In this document: positions 57,839-64,000 of the stretch, in pieces
Layout: the number at the start of each line of letters is the position of its first letter
How positions within the stretch are numbered: position 1 is the stretch's first letter
IMG/VR virus record: IMGVR_UViG_3300045996_002337
Span: 248,001 to 312,000 of that record
Direction: 5' to 3' (one strand)
DNA: 64,000 bases
Made by a program: the position numbers and the translations under genes
Notes under the pieces: generated by a model
Database searches by the model: none
What the model was told of the DNA's origin: nothing
Seen by the model: only the letters and a program-made list of their open reading frames with translations

Positions 57839-59839
57839 TTATGCGAATCCAGTTACACGTGGCTGGCAGACGCGGCGTGCAGTTGTGCTGTACGTGGTGT
57901 GGAAGTTGAGCGACAAGGTTGCAGCAGTGGTGGTGCCAAACGTGTGACGCACGGTGCTTGTTGCCCAGTCGTCAGTGGTTGTCTCAATTGTGAGCGTACT
58001 GCCAACTCGACGAACACCAACTCGTGTTGTTGGGCTGGCTGTTAGAGTAGTGAGCGCAGCGCTCATGGTGATACTGTTCTGAGCCCATGTAACGGTGCCA
58101 GTGCTTCCAAGTTGAACAAGGAAGTCAGCTTGACCATAAGGACGAGATGCCGGTGCGGTTGCATCAAGGGCAAGCATCGAGCTCGTGCTTGTTGCTTCAG
58201 GGAACTGCATTTCGGCGAAGAAGTCACCTGCCGCGGTACCAGTAACGACACCCAGCGCGGTGTTGCTTGTACCTGCTGAAGTCGCCGCGTAAATTTCATC
58301 ACCCAATGAGGTCATGTTGACCATCGATGAGAATACTACTGGAGTTCCCGTAGTGCTGCCGCCGGCCGCTGCGGCTGTTGAGACGTTCAGCAGGTCAGCA
58401 TAAGGGCCAGTGCCGGCCGAATTAACTGCGGCCACGCGAACGTCATACGCCGTTGAAGCAGTAAGACCCGTGATTGTTGCCGTTGTGGCCGTGCTTGTGC
58501 CATCTGCGAACGTTGTCGGGCTGGCAAAAGAAGTGCCCGCGGTTGCGTATTGAATAACGTAGTCAGTCATCGTTCCAGCTGGTGCTGTCCACGATAGAGA
58601 GATGGTGTTCGCGGTCGTACCGGTTGAAGCCAGGTTCGTTACTGCGTCAGGAGCTGTCGCTGGAGCGGGTGCGGGCGGTGTTGGGGCCGGGGCTGGTGGT
58701 GCAGGAGTTGGGGCGACAGCATCTTGAGCTTGCGACCAAGCAAAGTGATTTGCGTCGCCATTATGCCAGAAATCCAACTGGTTTCGAACGCCTGCAGTGT
58801 TAAGGTATCCAGCGTTGCTATCCCACGCGGTCGCGCCCACGATCGTCGGAATATTGACACCATCGGCAATCACAAGCATTTCAGATTTTGCACCAAGCGC
58901 TCCGCCGGAAATTGTCAGCGTTGTGGGCCCTGTTACAGTGAACGGCGCGTAAACTGTTGATTGCGCAAGTGAGAGAGAAGTTCCTGCTGCCGCCGTAGCA
59001 AATGGTGTGGCAGCAATAGTGAGTGTGTTACCAGCATCATTATATGTGAGCGTGATGTTCGCACCCGCCTGCAAGAGCGCGGCGATGCGGTCGTCAATCG
59101 TCTCTGACTTGACTGTCCAGGTTGCTCCAGAGGCCGAAACAATAACATCGCCCTTGTCACCATCCGTTACGCCAGCACCGCCCCCACCAGCTTCCACGTT
59201 TGGTTGAAGCCAGACTGCAGCACCACCGACTGGATTTGAAAGCACAAACAGCTTGCTGTTCGCAGTATTCAACCAAATAGATCCAAGAGCATAGCCTTTT
59301 GTTTCATCGTCGGTAACTGTCGGATCAGTTGTTGCGCTGAAGTTGTTAAGCGCCTGCGTCTCTCCAACTACCCAGTAATCAGTGCCGTCAAAGATAAACG
59401 AAATTTTCAAGCGGGCATTGGGCAGCAGCTTAAATGAAGTGATGGACGCGTTCTGCGCCAATGAAATGCATGGAGGAATTGTAATGGTGCGAATTGTAGC
59501 ACCACCGTTCGTGATCGTCCAATTGAACTGTTGGCCCGGCGAGGGAGTTCCACCAAACGTGAACTCGGTATCTGCTGCAACGTCGAGTGTTTGATTCTCA
59601 CCAACTGCAACTTGAATAACGTTGCCGGCAGTGTTCACCGGAGCACTAACAGTTGCGCCTGGCATCGTCACAACACCAGTGAACTGTGGCGAGGCCGAGT
59701 TGGCCTTTAGCGCCAACGCTGCAGTGACTGCTGTACTGACTGGTTTATTTGCGTCAGATGTGTTATCAACGTTGGCAAGACCCACAGCGGCCTTAGTAGC
59801 AACTGTGGTCTCAATTGGAAATGATGTAATGGTAGCCAA
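57839..59839 (-). CDS. Fibre-like protein with Fn3 domain
   Basis: VGLANVDNTSDANKPVS fibre repeat, Pro-rich linker, ISLSW..TITGLTASTAYDVRVAAVN. Confidence 0.8.
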   Translation of the reverse strand: MATITSFPIETTVATKAAVGLANVDNTSDANKPVSTAVTAALALKANSASPQFTGVVTMPGATVSAPVNTAGNVIQVAVGENQTLDVAADTEFTFGGTPSPGQQFNWTITNGGATIRTITIPPCISLAQNASITSFKLLPNARLKISFIFDGTDYWVVGETQALNNFSATTDPTVTDDETKGYALGSIWLNTANSKLFVLSNPVGGAAVWLQPNVEAGGGGAGVTDGDKGDVIVSASGATWTVKSETIDDRIAALLQAGANITLTYNDAGNTLTIAATPFATAAAGTSLSLAQSTVYAPFTVTGPTTLTISGGALGAKSEMLVIADGVNIPTIVGATAWDSNAGYLNTAGVRNQLDFWHNGDANHFAWSQAQDAVAPTPAPPAPAPTPPAPAPATAPDAVTNLASTGTTANTISLSWTAPAGTMTDYVIQYATAGTSFASPTTFADGTSTATTATITGLTASTAYDVRVAAVNSAGTGPYADLLNVSTAAAAGGSTTGTPVVFSSMVNMTSLGDEIYAATSAGTSNTALGVVTGTAAGDFFAEMQFPEATSTSSMLALDATAPASRPYGQADFLVQLGSTGTVTWAQNSITMSAALTTLTASPTTRVGVRRVGSTLTIETTTDDWATSTVRHTFGTTTAATLSLNFHTTYSTTARRVCQPRVTGFA

Positions 59840-59869
59840 ATTATTCTCCTGAGAACGCTCTATTTAAGG

Positions 59870-62800
59870 TTACTGCTGTGTGGTCAAGAAGTTTCCGTTT
59901 GAATCAGTTAGGAAGTTTCCGTTTGAATCTGTCAAGAAGACTTCATCACTCGGCGCTCCTGTGCTTGCTTCACCATTATGGCGGAAGTCTGAAATTGTTA
60001 CGTTCGCTGGTACGCCGTTTGCAAAGATTCCAAAACCCGGATATCCACCAGTTAATGGTGTCGTATCAGTATAGTCAATGCTCGGCGTGCTAGATCCATT
60101 GAGATAAACGCGAACACGGCCAGCGAAGGTAGTCATACGAACGGTGATGCCAGACGCGGGGATATCAAAGCCGTGTGATTGAGAGCCTGAGAGTGTGGTT
60201 CCACGGTAAAGCTGAATGGAACCTGGGAGCACACGAACTTGATAAAAGTTATTGCCACCTGAGTTGTTAGCATACAAATATGCTTGCTCTCCACCTTCCG
60301 CCCAAGCACCACCACCAGCTGCCAGTGTAAACTGCGCAGCTTGATTATTGCCGATAGTTTTTCCAAGCAGGACGGTTCCTTCGGTGTACCCGTTTCCAGC
60401 GGCCCGCATTGTCGAATCTGTTACCGCATAGGATGTAGAGTCGCCAAACCAATCGGCGTCAATTGCTTCAAGCGTAGTTCCATTTGCTTGGTTAAACGTT
60501 ACGATGGTCGTTGGCGTTGGCTCTGAGGCTGGAAGCTCGACGGTAGAAGTGTTTGAGTACGCAACAACATCAGGCCCTTGGTTGTTGGAACCAGTGACCC
60601 GTAAACGCCACTCACCTGCAACATCGAGTGTTGGACTAAGCACCGTAAAGCTGCTGTCGGTCCAAGTGCCAGAGACATTTCGCTGCCACATGAAGGCGAG
60701 AGTTGGCGCCGGGTTTCCAGTCCAAGTTCCTGCATCACCAACCATTGCAGTGCCGACGTTTCCAGTTGGATTAATCGACGGGGCGACAGTGTTTGCGGTG
60801 GCTGACAACGGCGCGGTTACGATAACATTCGACGCGGTGCTGAGTGTTCCACCAACGTTTGTCGCGCTTTCAAACCAACGATAATAAACGCCGTTCGGCG
60901 TGCCGCTCGGGATAACGTATGTTGACCCAGTTGCTGCTGGTGCAATCGCTGTCCAAGTCGTTCCATCGGCTGAAGTTTCCCATGCCCCGCTAACTATTGG
61001 AGTCGGCACGCCGACATAGGATCCAAGAACTCGTGAAATGGTTCCATCAGCGGCGTAAGTGCCAGATACACTCGGTGAAGCGGTGCGCTGTGGCGCAGAG
61101 CTTCCAGCCACAGGGAATGCGTCTGACGGCAGGATAAGGGCGTATGAAACTAGCTCGTTAGACCCATCAAAGTTGCTGGCAAAAACGATGCGTGTCAAGT
61201 CTTGGTTTGGCGTTGCATGAGGTTCGGCTTCATATGGCGAACCAGTGGAGCGGTGATGGGCAAGACGATAGAGCTTAGCTGGACGCTCCATTGTAGGTGG
61301 TTGAATTTCAGCAACAACGATTTGACCGTCATATGAACCGTTACCAACGCCGGAGTATTTGGAAAGAACAACAAAGCCTGGGCGCGAGGTGCAGGTACCG
61401 GAAATGTGGAAGCCGTCGCCTGTTCCACCGTTAAACGGTAGGAACGGAATTTCCCAAGTGCCACCACCATCAAGACGGCGCACAAAAATAGTGTCGCGCG
61501 TTAGACCATCTGCGGTTCCATGAAGCGAAATGGCAACAAGAACTTCAACAATCTCGTCATTTTCATCGATATAATAAGCAAGGTCGCTATGTTCACCTAG
61601 AACGCTCAGCGCGGTGAACGAAGAAAAATCTGCAGTATACGCTCTTGCGCCTCGGGCCTGTGTAATCGGTGCTGCTTGTTCATCTGCCATGTTGGCAGCT
61701 GCGCTCGTGTACCACGATGGCACCGCATATTCGCCAGTAAATGACGTGCTAATGTGGTCAGGTGGGTTAGTTCCGCCAACAACAACGCTGCCAATGATTT
61801 GGTCAAGACCAAGATCATACATGATCAGGCCAATGTGAATATCATTCTGGTCATTGACCATCAGCGCCCAACGATTCCAATCATGTGAAGGGCGCCCTTC
61901 ACCTTTGAAATAGGCCTTTCGCGCATTTAACCAGACGCCGCCCATTTCTTGAAATTTTGGCGTAAGATCAAAAAGCACGGACGTTGTGTGGGTGAAGACG
62001 TCACGCACATACCAGATCAATCCACCATTTCTCGCAGTGTACGCAAGCTTTGCGCGATCCGTTGGATGCCAAATTGGATCACAGCCGCCCGCCAATCCAG
62101 GAATCGCTCCGTTTCCTGGAGGTCCAATACGGCCAGAATAAATTAACTCGAGTGAAATCGCGTCAAATTGGTACCAGAAACCATTTGACGCCTTCATCAA
62201 CATGCGAGACCCATCAGCATTGTATACCTGACGCCGGGAATAATCATGCCGGAAATTGGTAACGGTTGCATCGGGGGCGTCGACGATAGAAACTAGCTTA
62301 CGGACCTCGACATTAAATGCTGGATCTGTGTAACCGCCCACAAACAGGTTTTCACTTTTAGCAGGTGCCGTCACCGCGGGTTGGGTGACCGCTGCAGTGC
62401 CCTCATCAGCTACCCAGCTCACGTCATAGAGGTGGTCAAAAATTGGAGAGCCAAGGCCCCGGGCCGGGTTAGTCACCTGCAAATGAAAATATGAGGTCGA
62501 CATCAACGCGCCGTCTGACAACGTGTAAGGTACCGTGAAATCACCAACGAAGTCAAGCGTTGGCATAAATGTGAAGCTTTGGTTAGCGTTTAACGTCAAC
62601 GAGCCATTGGCCAGCGTAATTGATTCGCCGACAGAAATACCAATACCATTCACCTCTACAATTGAAATACTTGAGCCAGCATCAATATCTGAATCGTTTT
62701 CTAGTGGCCAAAATACTACCGGGGTATTGATGATCGTTGTCGCAAAGTCGCCAATTGATCGAGGCGCGTCATTGACTGCGATGATTGTGATTGTCAGAGT

Positions 62801-63178
62801 TGATTGCTTTACGTCTGTGCCGTTTGTCGCTTGATAGGTGATCAGCGGCACCTCACCATTCCAGTCAGGAGATGGGGTGAACGTCCATGCCCCCGTTGCG
62901 GCCAACGTAAAACGGCCGGTGCTTGGAATGTCACATGGCTGCCCCACCGCAAAAATGCCAGTCACGCCGGCCACGGTAAACTGCGTGGCCGTCAGTGTGC
63001 CAGTTGTTGCAATGTCGTTTTGAAGTACATTTCCTGAAAGAGCGTTGTCTTCGAAACCAGAGGCGACGTCGGGGTTCAAAGTTAGACTTGATGGAGGCGT
63101 TAGATTATATGCATCTAAAACCGTCGTTGCACCGTAATGAATTTTACCCTCACGGTTGTTAAATCTAAAACCTGGCAT
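59870..63178 (-). CDS. Large virion surface/adhesin protein: tandem Ig (cadherin-like) + beta-propeller + Ig + beta-sandwich
   Basis: EDN..GNVL.ND, FTP..DWNG, VNDAP repeats; C-terminal (FLTDSNGN)x2. Confidence 0.8.
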   Translation of the reverse strand: MPGFRFNNREGKIHYGATTVLDAYNLTPPSSLTLNPDVASGFEDNALSGNVLQNDIATTGTLTATQFTVAGVTGIFAVGQPCDIPSTGRFTLAATGAWTFTPSPDWNGEVPLITYQATNGTDVKQSTLTITIIAVNDAPRSIGDFATTIINTPVVFWPLENDSDIDAGSSISIVEVNGIGISVGESITLANGSLTLNANQSFTFMPTLDFVGDFTVPYTLSDGALMSTSYFHLQVTNPARGLGSPIFDHLYDVSWVADEGTAAVTQPAVTAPAKSENLFVGGYTDPAFNVEVRKLVSIVDAPDATVTNFRHDYSRRQVYNADGSRMLMKASNGFWYQFDAISLELIYSGRIGPPGNGAIPGLAGGCDPIWHPTDRAKLAYTARNGGLIWYVRDVFTHTTSVLFDLTPKFQEMGGVWLNARKAYFKGEGRPSHDWNRWALMVNDQNDIHIGLIMYDLGLDQIIGSVVVGGTNPPDHISTSFTGEYAVPSWYTSAAANMADEQAAPITQARGARAYTADFSSFTALSVLGEHSDLAYYIDENDEIVEVLVAISLHGTADGLTRDTIFVRRLDGGGTWEIPFLPFNGGTGDGFHISGTCTSRPGFVVLSKYSGVGNGSYDGQIVVAEIQPPTMERPAKLYRLAHHRSTGSPYEAEPHATPNQDLTRIVFASNFDGSNELVSYALILPSDAFPVAGSSAPQRTASPSVSGTYAADGTISRVLGSYVGVPTPIVSGAWETSADGTTWTAIAPAATGSTYVIPSGTPNGVYYRWFESATNVGGTLSTASNVIVTAPLSATANTVAPSINPTGNVGTAMVGDAGTWTGNPAPTLAFMWQRNVSGTWTDSSFTVLSPTLDVAGEWRLRVTGSNNQGPDVVAYSNTSTVELPASEPTPTTIVTFNQANGTTLEAIDADWFGDSTSYAVTDSTMRAAGNGYTEGTVLLGKTIGNNQAAQFTLAAGGGAWAEGGEQAYLYANNSGGNNFYQVRVLPGSIQLYRGTTLSGSQSHGFDIPASGITVRMTTFAGRVRVYLNGSSTPSIDYTDTTPLTGGYPGFGIFANGVPANVTISDFRHNGEASTGAPSDEVFLTDSNGNFLTDSNGNFLTTQQ

Positions 63179-63242
63179 CAGAAGTTCCCTGTTATTTTCA
63201 GTGTGTATTTAGGATTCTGAACGGCTTTCGCCGTTCAGAATT

Positions 63243-64000
63243 TTAGGATACGCCGTGCGCGATGTGACTGATTCTGACTCTGCTTGAATCCGCACCAGGG
63301 TACGAGAACAGGCCAACATATCCGCCAGTGATTGGATCTGCATCTGTGTAATCAATGATCGGTGTTGCGGAACCATTGATGTACGCCCTGATTCTACCGT
63401 AATAACTCGTCATGCGAAGAGTCATGTCTGTGGTGAGCAGGTCTACGTTGTGAGCAAGTGGGCCAACAGCCGGCTCTCCAAAATTGTCCGCGCGGTAGAG
63501 ACGCAGCTGGGTGTCACGAATTTCAATCTTGTATCCAGTTGTAGACACACCTGTCGTGTGAATCATAATCGTCAAGTGGTTGCCACCCGGTCCAATGTTT
63601 GCTGGCGCAGCAAGCGTAACTTCAAACGCTTGATTGTTTCCTCCGGACGTTGTGAGCCAGATAGGACCGGTGTTATAGCCCTCCGTTGTGCCGTTACGAA
63701 GCATGTTGTCGACGATGACATAGTTGCTTGTAATGCCGTCCCAGTTAGGATCAATCATCTCAATTGACGTGTCATTGGCGGCGGTCAAGTTCACAACGTT
63801 TGTTGGAATAGGCTCAAAAACCGGCTCAGAAATTGTTGCGTTGTTTGAGAATGCAACAATCGGCCCACCCTCGCTATTCGAAGCTGAAACGCGAAGGCGC
63901 CAAACGCCCGCCGGTGAAAGCAACGCGCTCCTCGTTGTGAACGCCGTGTCAGTCCATGATGCGGCGACGTCACGCTGCCACATGTATGTGAATGTCGGTG
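63243..64000 (-). CDS. Paralogous virion surface protein, C-terminal part (5' truncated by window)
   Basis: MWQR..W and IDYTDADPITGGY motifs match the C-terminus of 59870-63178. Confidence 0.75.
   Translation of the reverse strand, partial: PTFTYMWQRDVAASWTDTAFTTRSALLSPAGVWRLRVSASNSEGGPIVAFSNNATISEPVFEPIPTNVVNLTAANDTSIEMIDPNWDGITSNYVIVDNMLRNGTTEGYNTGPIWLTTSGGNNQAFEVTLAAPANIGPGGNHLTIMIHTTGVSTTGYKIEIRDTQLRLYRADNFGEPAVGPLAHNVDLLTTDMTLRMTSYYGRIRAYINGSATPIIDYTDADPITGGYVGLFSYPGADSSRVRISHIAHGVS

Noticed and set aside
54302-64000. Diversity-generating retroelement acting on fibre C-termini
   Set aside because: No reverse transcriptase in the window; the paralogous ends diverge broadly rather than at adenines.

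Overview
A 64 kb segment of a large, probably jumbo, tailed dsDNA phage genome; the host is likely a proteobacterium (inference). Nearly all genes lie on the minus strand. From left to right: (1) about 1-3400, a tRNA array with rrn-like tandem promoters and BoxA sites, many tRNA-like or structured RNAs, a circularly permuted YrlA/Y-RNA-like element and a candidate leader-peptide attenuator. (2) About 7400-11700, a translation quality-control island: Hsp20, an HD-domain protein, a PTH2-like protein, DksA/TraR, DenV, two tandem amber-suppressor (CUA) tRNAs and a two-piece permuted tmRNA. (3) NAD salvage (NAMPT, NMNAT-Nudix) with PurA-like and vWA genes. (4) An ABC/TAXI/OmpA/SPFH membrane cluster. 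(5) RNA ligase, HNH, phosphoesterase, DNA ligase and nucleotidyltransferases. (6) A split DnaE-like polymerase, clamp loader, GroES and dCMP deaminase. (7) GH16 and large virion-surface proteins with propeller, SGNH, Fn3 or Ig domains. The strongest candidate novel system is amber-gated expression. The PTH2-like gene, missed by the ORF track, has an in-frame TAG at codon 4. The HD gene in the same ATGA-coupled operon has a probable in-frame TAG at codon 12. Both lie 1-2 kb from two CUA-anticodon tRNAs with their own promoter, while the rest of the window reads normally in code 11 and rarely ends genes with TAG. All calls are from manual reading; no database searches were run.
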